A DNA stretch of 64,000 nt from the human T2T-CHM13v2.0 reference genome, Homo sapiens (GCF_009914755.1 NC_060937.1), one strand, 5' to 3'. Shown: positions 41,423-55,945, counted from the first letter of the stretch. The notes: generated by a model from the letters alone, not told the origin. Translations and numbers: made by a program.

Positions 41423-44292
41423 TTAGTTAGCATTTTATAATGCTTGTCCCTTGATAAACGGTTGCAGGAAAATCAACACCCATAGGTACAGGTGGGAAAG
41501 TCTTTCATCTCATTTGGATGTGTGTTTGTAGGTCTCGGTATTTATCATTTGGGTGTAAGGCTCATCAACAAAATGTCCTCAGCTTGTTTCTAAGTTTGGA
41601 CTGATTTTTAACAATATAGATGTATTACCGTGTAGAGAATATTTTTAGATTGTCAGAGACTTGTTTTTGAGCTTAAAGAGTTGGGGTCTGATTTGGATCC
41701 CTTTCATCTACTGTAAATTGGCCTTGTTGTTTATGTAGCTTCTTCCTCTGTGCTCCTTGTTGAGACACTTTGTATGCATTAATTCTTACTACATCCCTGG
41801 AACCTGGAGTAAGAGAAGCATCTTTATTTGACAGGTTGAGAAATGGGTTGAGTATTCATGAGATAAGCATTTCTACAACATCTTCACCTGTCTGGTTTCT
41901 GTTTAATACCTGATTTTTGGTATAATTATTGATCTTTCCTGAGAAAAAATAAAATAAGTACTAGAAGAGTGTATATGCTCTGTTGCCTCATTTCCTGCCC
42001 CTGGAAAAATAACCTCTAAGTATTTGGCCTGAGGGAATGTAATACTATTCTAAGGCTTAGGAGTAGAGGCTCATATGAAAACATTTGGCTTAGATTATTT
42101 TCTACCAAACTTCAAAAAGTGTTGATACTTTTTTATCGTTCTAGAATTCCATTGTACTAAATGTTGCTTGAAACAAACTCTTAAGTAGGACTTGGGATGG
42201 TAGTGGTTATAGTAGAAAGCAAGAACTTTGTGTCAAGGCAGCTGAGCCCTAGATCCTGCAACTGCGTCTGCCACCTTCTGACTGAAGTTAAGGTTATCAG
42301 GAGAGAAAACAAGATCATATGTGTATCTGTAAAGTGCTTGCTGCAGAAATTTTATTTTGTAGTACAGTTTGACAAATTTGAGGTGAAGATTTTGCTTTAG
42401 CACAAAGTCTAAATTAAGGCATTTTAAAGGAAGTATAATTCCAGGTTTGTAGCTAAGCTTAAAAGTGTTTTTTTTTTTTTCTGATGGGACCAATTTATGC
42501 TAAAAACTCAGACTTATATATAGAAAATATTCATTTTCTTTCAAGTAATTTGATTATTACGAGTTTATTCTTAATATTCCCTCTGAAGTGTTGTTAATTT
42601 CTTCAGTAACACTATAAACTTAAATTTTTTTTCTTGATCTAGTGCATGTAATGGAGTTTGATCTGTAAGTTTAATTCCTGCTCTCAAGGAGGTATAACCT
42701 AAAGGGAAATTAAGATAGAAAAATAGGTAAACATGAAACTGTATACAGCAATGTTATTGTGAGACGATGGGTCTTTGTTCATTGTGTAGGAATTTTTAAA
42801 AAGATGGGGCTTCACTTGACTAGCCTTAAAAAAATGAGGCTGATTGGGGAAAACTTTTGAAGCAAATGCTCTTTGAGGTTTGACTTAAAGATAAGTAAAC
42901 TATCTGGATAGTAAATAGAGATTAATATACTAGTTTATATTTGTTTTTAACATAAAAATACTTGTGCGAAACCTAAATCTATGTTATGAAATTGGTTAAA
43001 TTCTGGAGCAATCAGTGCAACAGTAGGCAGCCATTACTATTAAAACAAAACTGTTGGATATGGGAAAATGACCAGAATGTAGATTTAGTGGGGAAAAAAG
43101 TTCACAGAACACTGTTCCCAGATTTGTAAATGTATACACATTAGTATATTTATATTTTTACAACGGAAAATATTTTGGATAACATACACTAAAATGTGAA
43201 TGTATTTTTCTTTTAGCAGTGTCTAGTATCTATAATATATATGATTCATTTTTTAAAGTGCACCTCAAAAAATAAAGATATGAAGAGGGATGGAGTGAGA
43301 GGAGGAAAGAGGTGATTTTATACAGGTAGGCAGTATGAGCAAAGGCCTAGAGTGGTCCAGGAGGAGAAATAGAAACTAGAAATAAAGGGGAGGCTGAAGA
43401 GATCCAAGTCAACATTATACCCTGTGTCTGCCCATTATACCCTGTGTCTGCCTAAATGTTTGTATGGCCTTTTGTCTGAGAAATCTAGAGCTGTTGCTCG
43501 GGCTTTTCTAATGAGACTTTCCCGTGAGGCCAAAGCCATGGACTGCACCTTTGGCACATGACTGTCTATTTTAAAACACGTTTTATGCAGTTTCTCTCTC
43601 TTACCCTCCCCAGCTACCCCATAGCTCCACCACAGCTTACTGTCTTAGAAACAGTCTTGTTCAAGCAGCTAAGTGCCCTTTTTTGGATCCACTTCTCTAT
43701 ACTGCTGCTAAGGAATGAAAAGAGATGACTAGAAGATGGTCATTCAGGTCTATCTTTAGCACTGATTGGTCAGTCATATGTGACTTTTTGATGGTATTTG
43801 AAAATCTTATTTGTTTGTTTTAATGACATTCTCTCTGCCTGTGATATAAGAAAAATGATCCTCCATATGTAAAGGAGATTTTATCCAGCTAGGGTGACAT
43901 TTTTCTAATTACATACAAAAATAATTTAATATTGACGTAACAGTCCCCTTAAGAGACACCTGTTTTGTGTTGACATTTCTCTAGGGCTTCATTTTTGTCT
44001 TCCTAGTGGGAAGTATTTCAGATAGAATGCCTCAGGACTTAGGTATGATTTTTAGCAAGATAACCATATGCCTTGAAATCACAAAAGAAGTTTTACTAAA
44101 AACGTTGATTACTTGTAAAGGATTATGAGATAATGCATTTTTTTTAGGGCTGCACATTTGATTATCATTGTGTTTCAATAGGTTTAAATGGTGTTGTGTA
44201 TCCCTTGAGAGCAGTACCACCCTTGAGAGCAGTACCAGTTTAATTTGTCATTGATGAAATGAAACTTTTTTTCTTTTTGTCTCCTCTATTAG

Positions 44293-44368
44293 GTTTCAGC
44301 GTTAAAAACAATGGCCAGTCAGGGAGGCCCCAAGTATACTCTCTCACAGCAGCCTTGGGCACAACCAG
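44293..44368 (+). CDS. COG3: COG3 coding exon (probable exon 20), 76 nt
   Basis: ctattag|GTTTCA ... CCAG|gtattc; VSALKTMASQGGPKYTLSQQPWAQP. Confidence 0.95.
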
Positions 44369-45416
44369 GTATTCTGATTTGACCATTTTGGATTTCTTTT
44401 TTAGGATGTTATTAGTTTGCATTTGTATAGTCCTTACTGTGACAGCTTGGAGTTGGTTTCCTATTCACTCTGGGGTGCTGCAATCTGAGTTAATGCAGGA
44501 TTCAATTTGGAGCTGACAGGTCTTAATTGGTTAGCACTACTTGCATTTCAGCAAGCATTCCAAGGAAGGAAGAATTTTTTTTTTTTTAAATCACCCAGTT
44601 AAAAATAAAATATGGCTAAGATGGAAACCCTTTGAGTCTGTTGATTTCTGTACACCCACTATTCATTGTGTTCAAGCTTTGATGAAAATACTGTGGTTGA
44701 TAGGAAGAAATTATGGCGAGTGTACCCACTTTCAAGTGTATGAAGAAATGTTGGGCCACTATTTTGTTCCACATTTTGTCCAAGTTATCCTCTGTTGACA
44801 TTTTAGAGTATTGGGAAAAAAAATTGTAAAAATTGAGGCGTCAGTTGGGAGTTGGCAGGCAATACTATTGTCTGATTGGCAGATGTATTTGAGATGTTCT
44901 TAAATGTAAATTTAAGTCTTACTCTTTCTTAAATGTAAATTTTTTTGTGCTGGAGGGCTTTGGGTTTTTTTTTTTTTTTTTTTTTTTTTTGGTCTTTAGC
45001 GTTAGACATTTAAAATCATGACTAACTTTGTGAGTTATTTTTGGTACCTCTTGCGGCATTTTAAATTGCCATTAAACCAGAATAAATCATTTTGTTAAAT
45101 TGATATTTCTGGCCATTCTCTAGCCAATATTGTGATAGAGAGCCTTTGAAACTAAAATGGGCAAAATGATGAAAGAATGAGTGTTTTAATTATGGGTAAG
45201 CTGTGTCCAAGTTGGAGGGCAGCTTTCCACTCAGTGAGAGAGATCCAAAAAATGATTCTGGCTTTGCATCCATGAAAAATTGGCATGCACAGTCACCTAA
45301 TCTGGAATCAACTTTTTAATATGATTGGTTTTCCATATTGAAAGAGCATTATATCTGTTAGGTATTCATTTTCTTTGGGAAAAAGGATTGAAGCTATTCA
45401 AAGCCTCCAAAATTTT

Positions 45417-45763
<347 letters not shown>

Positions 45764-47240
45764 TAACTTGAAGTTGAACTGAGAAATTAGAAGAGTAGCT
45801 ATGTATCACTTAGGAAGATTTGTAAATGTAGAGAATGTCAGTTGTCTTTGAAAGGAAGATAGGATTTTATTTCAAAGGTTCCTCAGGTGAACTTTGATGA
45901 TGTCAATATAGGTTTGAGTTCATTTGTTTGACTGCAAATAAACTTTGTGACATACTTTAGGTGTTTCGTTTACCATGATGCAGAGAAGGAACGTTCTATT
46001 GTCTTTATTATTTTAAACGTTCGTTGTGAAATACGTTGTGAAAAACGTTGTGTGTGAAATAGAAATCTTTGACATCTTACTACAAAAGCACACTTAATAC
46101 AGTAGTACATTCTGTCAGAAGACAGAAAATCAGGATCTTTTACCGACAATACTGGAAATTCTAATCATAGTCTGACATAGTATTAACCACCTCTTCTGAT
46201 TCCTCACAGTCAAGAGGCAGACTTATCAGTTCACAACTCAGCATACTTCTTGAAGGAATTCTGATGATTTGGGGATTAATTGGAGCCTTTGACTCAAGGT
46301 TCCAATTGCTTTTATAGGGCTTAGTTAGAAATAGGAGCTGATTTTTATTTTGAACATTTATGTAAATGAAACTCTTGGGTATGATAAATCTTTCTTAAGA
46401 TTTAAAGGTAGAAACCAGTACAGCTAAGCCCAGTGTCTTGATGCATAATTAACGTATTGCTCTTTCCCCTTTGGAAAGATCCTCTCTCTCAAAATAGGGA
46501 CTGTCATTTTCTCAAGTGGAACCCTAATAGGATTCAAAGTGTTAGATGTATTGTGCTCTTAAGCATTACTAGAATTTAGAATTGTCATAGTAAAGCAGGA
46601 GTAGACAAAAGGAAACTGGCAGGAGTAGACAAAAGGACAGATTGAAGTAGGACTTGCTGCTTTGTCATTTAACCCAGTTCCTTCTTTCTTAGTGAGGAGA
46701 TCTTAGTGAATATAGCAATGACAGTTCAGTTTATCTTGTAGTTGTATCTTCTATCCCATTTAGGCATAGCAGAGGTGTGGAGTTGGTTTTTGTGAATCTG
46801 TAGTACTTGAAGCCCACACTTGAATGCCAAAGAGAGATTTATGGCCCCTTGGGGTGGGAGCATTGAGGACAATCTAGGAACTGTCTTGGGCCTCTCTGCT
46901 CTAAAAACTGAGGGTTACTGGTTCATTCAGACTTGGTCAAGTTCTCAGGGATCATTTCATGATCAAACAAACTCACAGGAGAGTGAGTTATAAATTAGGA
47001 TGCCCATTTGTTAATTTACTCTGACGAAGAAACCTTTTTTAGGAATTAGAGGACACTTTAGTCACCAGCCTGTGCACCCACTCTCTGCTTATCAAGGGCT
47101 CTGAAGACCGATTTAGTGATCCCTGAGGTGTGTTAGTAATGATAGAACCAGGGCCCATGGAAGTAAGGGTCTTGAAGGAGCTTTCATGTATTAATGAAAA
47201 ATAAGCAGTTCCTGAATTATTTATTCTTTCTTCCTGAGAA

Positions 47241-47780
47241 TGTCAGCGGCATTTGAACCAGAGCAACTCCATCTCGAGAGAGAGCTAGGAAAAATGGGGA
47301 TGGGATTTGCTGGGCTGCATTCCCAGGAGGTTAGGTATTCCTAGCCTCTAGATGTTTACATTTAACGAAACAGATTAGTAATGTTTACTAAACACACCCA
47401 GGCCCAGGAATGTCCTGATATCCTGATATCTTGAGAACAAAAGCATTCCTAATTTTGCTTTAAAGATAATAATATTGATTCTTGCAAAATATAGTAATTA
47501 AAAAAAATTAACCCTTTATCACAAGCCTTTGTAGCAGAGTACATATCCCCATGATGTTTTTTGTTATCCTGTATATAAACAAGCATTGATCTAGGGTGGG
47601 CACGTTACTCCTCTTACTTTTGGGAACACCCTACTGTCTACGGAGTACCTACTCTTTCACCACTTTACTTTTTTAACAAACTTGCTTTTGCTTTATACTG
47701 TGGACTCGCCTGTATTCTTTCTTGGATGAGATCCAAGAACCCTCTCTTGGGGTCTGGATCAGGACCCCTTTCCAGTAGCA
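47241..47780 (+). mobile_element. MER41-family ERV1 solo LTR (MER41C-like), same orientation as COG3
   Basis: TG...CA ends; start tgtcagcggcatttgaaccagagcaactccatct and end gagatccaagaaccctctcttggggtctggatcaggacccctttccagtagca match the recalled MER41 consensus; TATA-like tatataaa at ~47572. Confidence 0.88.
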
Positions 47781-49138
47781 AGAGCATTGGTACTTTCTTA
47801 CCCTGCTTTACTGCAACCCTCCTCAATTAAAACATTGTTTTTTACATGGTATATTATTTGAACTATGAAAAGCTATAAAATGAAAAGTAATTATATTTTC
47901 TACCTCCAAACTAGTCCTTCTTTCAGAGGCAACTACTATTAAAGTTTCCTTCCCAAAATTGTTTATGTGTTTACTAGCACATGTGGACTTTAAAAATGTT
48001 ACCCAAATGAGATTGTACTATACCCCTTGCTATTTCACTTCTTATATATCTTAGAGGCCTTTCTGTATAGCATATCCAACTTGATCCATTCTATTTATTG
48101 GATGCATCGAATACATCACTATAGCATGATTTCTTTTGTAATTCTTGTAATGGAAACCTAAATTATTTGCAGTTTTTGTTTTTCCTTATACTCTTAACAT
48201 GTCTGTATACTCATATCTTGGTATTTTTTTAGTATATCTGCAAGTAAATTTCTAGCAGTGGAAATGCTAAAGGAAAAAGTATCTGCATTTTCAGTTTTGC
48301 TAGATAGCGCCTAATATTTTTCCAAAGAGATGAACCATCTTGTACTTCCATCAGCAGTACACAAAGATGCCTGTTTCTCCATACCCTCGTCAAACATGGA
48401 TATCACAATCTTAGTAATTTTTGCCAATCATCTGTAAATATCTCACTGCTTTCATTTACATTTATTTATGAGTGAGGTTGAGCATCTTTGAAATTGTTAA
48501 TAGTCTTTTTTCTTTGTAGTTTTCTAGATAACTTCTTTTAAATACTTCCTACAGATTACTACTCTCCTTTTCTATGTAACTCCTTCAGACATGACACTTG
48601 GGTTTCATAGTTATTTTTGTTATAACTTTTTGGGATTCTGTTCCCCTTCTGATAATACAGTATAAGAATATAACAAATAGATATTTAATTCCCCTTAAAT
48701 ATGTGTGGATATTTTCTGAATGGTCTAAGCATCTCTTACTGTGAGTCATTTCTGCAAATGAACAAACTCATTCATTATGAAGTAATTCTTACTAGTGTCT
48801 CTCTGAAAATGACTTTTTTTTTTTTAACTTTAATCTCTTACCTCCAAATTCCAAAGGTACATATTACAGCTCTTATGAATGTCCTGAAGCATGCTAGGGG
48901 AGTTATTTTGCTGCCTTAGCCCTTGGGATTAGAATTTTGTATAGTAGATATTTAATGAATGTTTATAGGGCTTATGATTAAACTTGGTAAATAAGCTATA
49001 AAAATGAAAGAAATTCTTTGGGGAAATAAAGAGTCTTTTCTTCTGCTATTTTTTTCTCCCTTTATTCCCCTTTGAATTAAAATGGAAATATTTCTTTTCT
49101 TTTTCTTTATGACACTAATGAGGTTACTTTATTTCCAG

Positions 49139-49266
49139 CAAAGGTCAGTGACCTTGCGGCAACTGCATATAAGACAATAAAAACAAAGCTGCCTGTGACA
49201 TTGAGAAGTATGTCCTTGTACCTATCCAATAAAGATACCGAGTTCATCTTGTTTAAACCTGTGAGG
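49139..49266 (+). CDS. COG3: COG3 coding exon (probable exon 21), 128 nt
   Basis: atttccag|CAAAGG ... GTGAGG|gtgagt; KVSDLAATAYKTIKTKLPVTLRSMSLYLSNKDTEFILFKPVR. Confidence 0.96.
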
Positions 49267-50029
49267 GTGAGTATCAGATAACTCATTTGAATGTTGGCGG
49301 GTGACTTCAAGTATTCTTTGCCTCATTTACCATTTTCCTTTTCCTGTAGACATTTAGAAATGTTGGTATACTGTTCTAGTGAAGTTGAATAATCACTATG
49401 ATTCATGAAAGGCTTACAAAGTCTGCCTCTGTCTTGATTATCTTTTTTTCCCACTGTCACTTTGTCTTAAGTTTTTAATGTTACTACTGAAAGTAGAAAT
49501 TAGTAAATAAACCAAAAAAAATCAGACCCTTACATTACATGTGGCCCAGCTCTCAAGAGAGCAGCACTTCAGGAATTATGCCCCATTTTACTGGTGAGTA
49601 GTAGAAATAAATGGCTTGCAGTGGCAACCAAGGGATTAAATGTCAGAGCAAATTTAGGGCTCATAATTTCCAGCTCTGTGTTGAGCTCTTGTTCTTACCC
49701 AAGGCATGGGTTGATTTTTAAAGTATATTTTATGTGTCTAGGAACTTTATTATCTTTTGTGTAAGAAATTGCTGCAGAAGACCCTTAAAATTATTCTCTG
49801 GGGGGACAAGGCTCGCTAGAGTTTAGTCTTCCTGGGAAGCATTATCTGATAAGTCTTCATCAGGTCATGCCAGCATTGAAATATTAAGAGCAAATTATGC
49901 GTCTTTGGTAATATCATGAAAGATACATCGCTTCCACTCGCTTTGGCAAATATCATTACAATTTAACATTCATGGTGCTTCGTGTTTAAGACAACTCATT
50001 TGATAAGATCTCCTCTCCTCCTTTCTAAG

Positions 50030-50128
50030 AATAATATTCAGCAAGTCTTCCAGAAGTTCCACGCTCTGTTAAAGGAAGAGTTCAGCCCTGAAGACATCCA
50101 GATCATTGCCTGTCCATCTATGGAACAG
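50030..50128 (+). CDS. COG3: COG3 coding exon (probable exon 22), 99 nt
   Basis: ctttctaag|AATAAT ... GAACAG|gtaatg; NNIQQVFQKFHALLKEEFSPEDIQIIACPSMEQ. Confidence 0.96.
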
Positions 50129-50467
50129 GTAATGGGTAGACTGAAGATCCTTATTACTTTTATGCCCTCTTGGTTATTTCACCTGAGTAGATAATGTCTT
50201 TGAGCAAACATATTTTTAGTATTAATTTAAAAAAATTACCTTCTTTTATTCTGATGAGTAAGAATTCAGCCTTTGAATTGTTCTCTCAAACTTTTGGGGG
50301 ATAGTTTTAGAATTTTCAGTTAATCTCAGGATTAAAATTCTGTTTAATCCTTTCTGATATGAATATTGCTGTGTTTAAGAGAATGACCTGTTTGTAAAAG
50401 ACTCAAATAGTGGCATTTAGCTTGCTGAATAATTTTGTTTGAAATATGCATAATAAGAGAAATACAT

Positions 50468-50615
50468 TTTTTAAAAAAATTTTTGATTTTTCTGTAGGTT
50501 ACTGGGGTACAGGTGGTATTTGGCTACACGAGTAAGTTCTTCAGTGGTGATTTGCAAGATTTTGGTGCACCCATCACCCGAGCAGTATACACTGCACCCT
50601 ATTTGTAGTTTTTTA
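50468..50615 (-). mobile_element. Short L1PB-type 3' end
   Basis: ggggtacaggtggtatttggctacacgagtaagttcttcagtggtgatttg. Confidence 0.78.
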
Positions 50616-50851
50616 ATAACTTCAAGATTGAAAACATGGAAGTTACTGAGTACCCAGTATGTATTAGGAGTAGCCTGGCGCTGTGGAGGATATTTTATAT
50701 CTGGTCTTAAGTTTAGGATAGTTTAGAAATTTAGTATATGGTAAGGACTAGGAAATCTGGGGAGACTGATCAGGCTGGCAAGAGCCTGACTGGGCTGGGT
50801 AGAAACTGGGTGAATAGGACTAGGCAATGGTGAGTGTAGATAAATCTTGTG

Positions 50852-51151
50852 TTTTTTTTTTTGTTTTGTTTTGTTTTGAAATGGAGTCTTTGTTGCCCAG
50901 GCTGGAGTTCAGTGGTGTGATCTCGGCTCACTGCAACCTCTGCCTCCCAGGTTCATGCAATTCTTGTGCCTCAGCCTCCTAAATAGCTAGGACTACAGGT
51001 GCCTGCCACCATGCCGAGCTAATTTTTGTATTTGGTAGACAGAGGGTTTCACCATGTTGGCCAGGCTGGTCTTGAACTCCTGGCCTCAAGTGATCTGCCG
51101 GCCTCAGCTTCCTAAAGTGCTGGGATTACAGTCGAGCCACCATACCCAGCC
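50852..51151 (-). mobile_element. Alu (AluS)
   Basis: Reverse dimer. Confidence 0.92.
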
Positions 51152-51224
51152 AGAATCTTTTGAGGAGTGTTACTGTAGTGGAGAGGAGAAAGATGGGGTG
51201 GTAGCCGGAGGGAGAAATGGGGTC

Positions 51225-51600
51225 ATTTTAAAATTGAGATGTTCATATACTATAGAATTCATCTTTTTAAAGTGCAGAGTTCAGTGGTTTTTAGTATATT
51301 CAGAAAGTTGTGCAGTCCTCACCACTATCTAATTAGAACATTTTCATTACTCCCCAGAAAAACCCCTTAGCCATTAGCAGATCCTGCATTTCCCCGTCTT
51401 CTTTTTGTCTCTGTGGATTTGCCTATTCTGGATATTTCATTAAATGGAATCATACAATATGTGGCCTCATATCGCTGCTTGTTTCATTCACCTAGCATGT
51501 TTTCAAGGCTCATCCGTGTTGTATGTATCAGAGCTTCCTTTTTATGGCTGTATATATTCCTTTATGTGGATAGATGGGTCACATTTTAAAAAGATATTTG
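51225..51600 (-). mobile_element. L1MB-type 3' fragment
   Basis: ttcagtggtttttagtatattcagaaagttgtgcagtcctcaccactatctaatt; ggatttgcctattctggatatttcat. Confidence 0.75.
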
Positions 51601-51869
51601 TATCATTCTAGGATATTTGTACAGTCAAAATACTTCCAAATAATTTATTTGAAGTAATTACTTTCTATATGATTGTACCACTAACTCGATATATAATTGG
51701 GTTTCTTTTCAATATTTAGAGATTTTTTTTCTATTTTGATTTAATTTTGTTTCTTAATGATATAAAATACTTGCATGGTTTCCAAGTCAGAATTACAGAA
51801 CAAGGTGCATTTGGAGAAGTCTTGTTCCTTTTCCGATCCCCTCCAGCCTTTCCCTTCCCTCCCCTATAG

Positions 51870-52191
<322 letters not shown>

Positions 52192-52639
52192 ACATTTTTC
52201 CGTAGGGTAACTTGTTTTTTTTTAAAGATAGGAGAAAAACGCGTGTTTTTGTGTTCATGGGGGAAGATCTACAAGGAGGGGAAAATATCTTGACAATGTG
52301 GGTGGAATTTCAGGAACAGGCAGGGTGGGGCCTTTGTGAGACACACGGGGGTTCAGTCATGGTAACAGGAGGAGGCTGAGTGTATGGGCATGGATGGGGG
52401 CTGTGAATGTGGCGGGAGCTCATGGATGTGCTCTTCTGAGTGCTTCACGTTTCTGAGTGAAATAAGAAGCAAGGTCATCACCGAGAGGGAGGAGACAGGC
52501 TCGGGTGAGTTTAGTGGATATGAATCCAAGAGAGACCATTCAACTTAGTTGTCTATTTTTTTTTTCTCCAGTTATAGTCACTTGCATGAATGTAGATGTG
52601 GAGTACTTGATCATAAGATCCATTTTATGGCAGAAGACA

Positions 52640-53230
52640 TTATTTTTGTAAGTTTAGTTTGTTATAAATTCAAACTTACAGAAAAGGTGCAAGAATAGTG
52701 TAAGGAGTGCCCATATATCCTTTACCCCATTTTCATTTTGCCCCATTTGCTTCATTTTTCTCATTTTTTCCCTTCCCTGTCCCTGAAGCCCCGCTTTTAA
52801 ATAATTGGAGAGAAAGTTGGGAGACATTGTGCTCCTGTACTGCTAAATACTTCAGAGTGTATTCCTGAGAACAAGGAAATTCTCTCACTACTCCTGTATA
52901 GTTACCAAAACAGGAAACTTAACATTGATACTAGTGTCTAATTCACAGTTCATACACACATTTCATCAGAGTCCCGGTACCGTTCCTGCTGATCTTCTTG
53001 CTGACATTTCCCCAGTCCAGGTCCAGTCCCAGGTCATGCATTGCTGTCAGGTGTCATGTCTCTTTAGCTTCTTTTAACCTGGAGCAGTTAGACAGCCTTT
53101 CTTGACCTTGACAGGCCAGTTATTCCGTAGACTGTCTCTCCATTTGGTGTTGTCTCTTTCATCATGATTACATTTAGGCTTTGTACTTTGGCAGGGAAAG
53201 CACAGAGGTGATTCTGTATCCCTCTTCTGA
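52640..53230 (-). mobile_element. L1MC/ME-type fragment
   Basis: tttgttataaattcaaacttacagaaaaggtgcaagaatagt; taaatacttcagagtgtattcctgagaacaagga; similar fragments at ~56000-57160. Confidence 0.7.
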
Positions 53231-54036
53231 CAGCACTCATTTATAAATGACATCGGGGTGATGATCTGCATCAGCAAAACAGCTGTACTGATAGAATGGT
53301 TCACAGCCAGGTCCATTTACCCACAAGGTTCCAGGGCCTGGGTGTCAGACACCTGGAGTGCAGGCAGCCATTTCCCTCCTATCACTACTGTGACCCGGCT
53401 CTGGTGTCCCAGTCCTCCGTTACAGAGTGGGCAGGTTGCTCCTGCAGTTGGTCAGAATTGGCATGTGAGTTGAAATTCACTTGTCATGTCTGTTCTTGTG
53501 CGTTTTAAAAAGTCACTTAAAGGACAGCTTACAACTCTTCCAACAACACACTGCATAGAACAAGGCACAGTGGATTATGGAGGTATGTTTCTGTCCTTGT
53601 CAGTGTTTGTATATAGTTTTTGCCATTATTCTCATTGGATTTTAAGTGATTTGATGGCCTAGGTTTGGTGATGAAGTGTGACCCCTGACAGGGCCTCCCA
53701 ATGCCAGTGCCCAGTGGCTGCCTCAGAAATAGACCAACATTGTGGGCCAGTTTCTACTTTATAGCCATGTTTACTGGTCTCATAAAAATCTTGGTCTTTT
53801 TCTCTCATTCTGTTTTTGGGGCTCTAAACAACTTTTTTTTTTCCCATTCTAATTGCTTTATTTTATTTTTCAACTTTTATTTTAGATTCAAGGGGTACAT
53901 ACATGCAGGTTTGTTACCTGGCTGTATTGCATGATGCTGAGGTTTTTCAACCCTTGTGGTTCCCCTCCCTCCTTGACTTTTCTTGAGGACGGTATTCCAT
54001 AGGAGAACTAACATAGCTCTTAATTTTGCTTTTCAG

Positions 54037-54066
54037 CTGAGCCTTCTGCTGTCAGTTTCTAAATAA
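54037..54066 (+). CDS. COG3: COG3 terminal exon, coding part (LSLLLSVSK-stop)
   Basis: gcttttcag|CTGAGCCTTCTGCTGTCAGTTTCTAAATAA; phase 0 continues from the previous exon; resembles the recalled COG3 C-terminus. Confidence 0.92.
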   Translation: MSLLLSVSK

Positions 54067-54378
54067 GCAGGCCAGCCGGGCTGTGCACCTAAATGTCTGT
54101 CTGGGAGGAGCAGGCTGAGAAGTCTTGCAGTCTGCAGGACACCGAGGAATCGTATGTGGGAACGTCCCCGAGAACCACACGAGCGTGCTGCTCAGTGCTG
54201 ACTGCAGAATGAAATAGAAGCAAAGTGTTACAGGATCAGTGTTTTCTTTTCTAAAACATCAAAATGCCAAAGATTAATCTGTGATTGGTGATAACTGCCT
54301 CGTTTAAATGGTCACAAGAAATGTGAAGAGAGAGCTAGGGCAGACATGCAGTGAAATGGTTCTTTGTTAAAAATGTGC

Positions 54379-54384
54379 AATAAA
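54379..54384 (+). terminator. Candidate proximal poly(A) signal in the COG3 3' UTR
   Basis: AATAAA about 310 nt after the stop; another AATAAA at 55556-55561. Confidence 0.45.
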
Positions 54385-55918
54385 AATAGATTACAATAAG
54401 TAGTGCAAAGAACTTTACAGAAATCAAGCGAATTAGAAGGCCTGTAAGAGTAAGGTTTGCTAAAACGTGAAACACTGTAACACTTTTAACCACTGAGCAT
54501 TCCACAGTGAAATGTTATTTCTATGCTCTTATTTAATGTAATGTTTCTCCTGTCATTTTTGAAGTTGAGTTTGGAGTAGATTGGTTGCTTCTGAGAACAC
54601 ATTCTGCCTTCCTGGGAAGTCGGGGTGTCATCCTTTCCTCTGTTTGATGTGAGGTAGTTTAAAGATACAAGGACTTTGTGTGAAGCTCCAGCATCTGTGC
54701 CCCTTGAATTGCTTAGGTGCAGACAGTTCTAAAGCAAGGAGCTGCAGCATTCTCATCATAGATACGTGCAGTATCTTTAATGAGTATCTTCATGGTATGA
54801 TAGTGTGTGTTTGTGAGTGCGAAGTACCAATTAAGGTGTCTTAAATTTGGCGCATAGAGGAGAGAAGGAAACCTGAGGAGTAGTGTTCCTCCTGAATGAA
54901 GGTTCAGGTCACCAGCCTTCTGTACACTGCCTTTGGTTTTAGCAGTTCTTTGAAAAGCAAACACTTTCATGTCCTGTCTATTCATTCAGCTGGCTGTGCT
55001 GTGCTGTGGACCAGCTGTGTGGATCTCTAGCCCAGCTACAGCAGAATACATTTTACCAGCAAACCTAAGGATGACAAACACTATCCACATCTGAAAACTA
55101 CCACACCATATCAGGGATCATAAATTATGCATATCTATGAATTTTCCAACAAATTCCTACTTCCTGATTGGATTGGTTTTGCCGCTGATGTTAAGGCAGC
55201 CAGCTTCTTAGTTCAAAAAGAATTCTGAGTTTTTCAAACACTAGTCTAGAGGTGGACATTGTCAGGGGTTCTGGAATGGGACCAGGGGACCTTTTGGTGC
55301 AGTGGGTGCCTGTAACTCATTAGACGTACTGAGGCAGCACTTCTGCAGGGTGCATACCCTGATTGTTGTCATTTGTAACAGGTCACTTCCTTTTCACTCA
55401 GTTTAAATTGGTGATGGACGTTGCTTGATTGAGCTTATTACTCTCTATTTTGAGAAGGTAGAAGGTAAGAGGGCCCATATTCATTCTTTGCCATGAAATG
55501 AATGAATTAGGAAGATTGTATTTACTTAACTGTTTTTTAAATACATGTTTAATGAAATAAACTGTAAAATATCCAGTTTTGTGTATTATATGTACATTTG
55601 ATTTTTAATAGCCTTTCCAAAGAAATGAGGGCATGATTATTGTACAGTAAGTACGTGACTGATTTAATTTGATTTACAGAGCGGAGTGTGTTCTTATAAA
55701 AATATTTAATGACATTGGTTCTTGTCTTTTGATCTTTTATTTCTGAAACACTCAAACACCTTACAAAGTGCTGAGTAGGTAATAGTGACCCAACTTGTTT
55801 GCTAAATGATTATTTGTTTAAATCTGTACAGTTTTAAGTGTTCACTTATACAAAGAGTGTATATACTTTCAAATAATTTAAAATGCTTTATATTATTTGG
55901 CTAGAAATTGCTGTTTTT

Positions 55919-55945
55919 AATAAATGTGAATTTTTTAAAAATAAA
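55919..55945 (+). terminator. Distal poly(A) signals of COG3 (AATAAA at 55919-55924 and 55940-55945)
   Basis: Two canonical hexamers, upstream TGTA motifs, downstream GT-rich tract (ttgtcctcacgtgtctgatacgtgtgtg). Confidence 0.8.
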
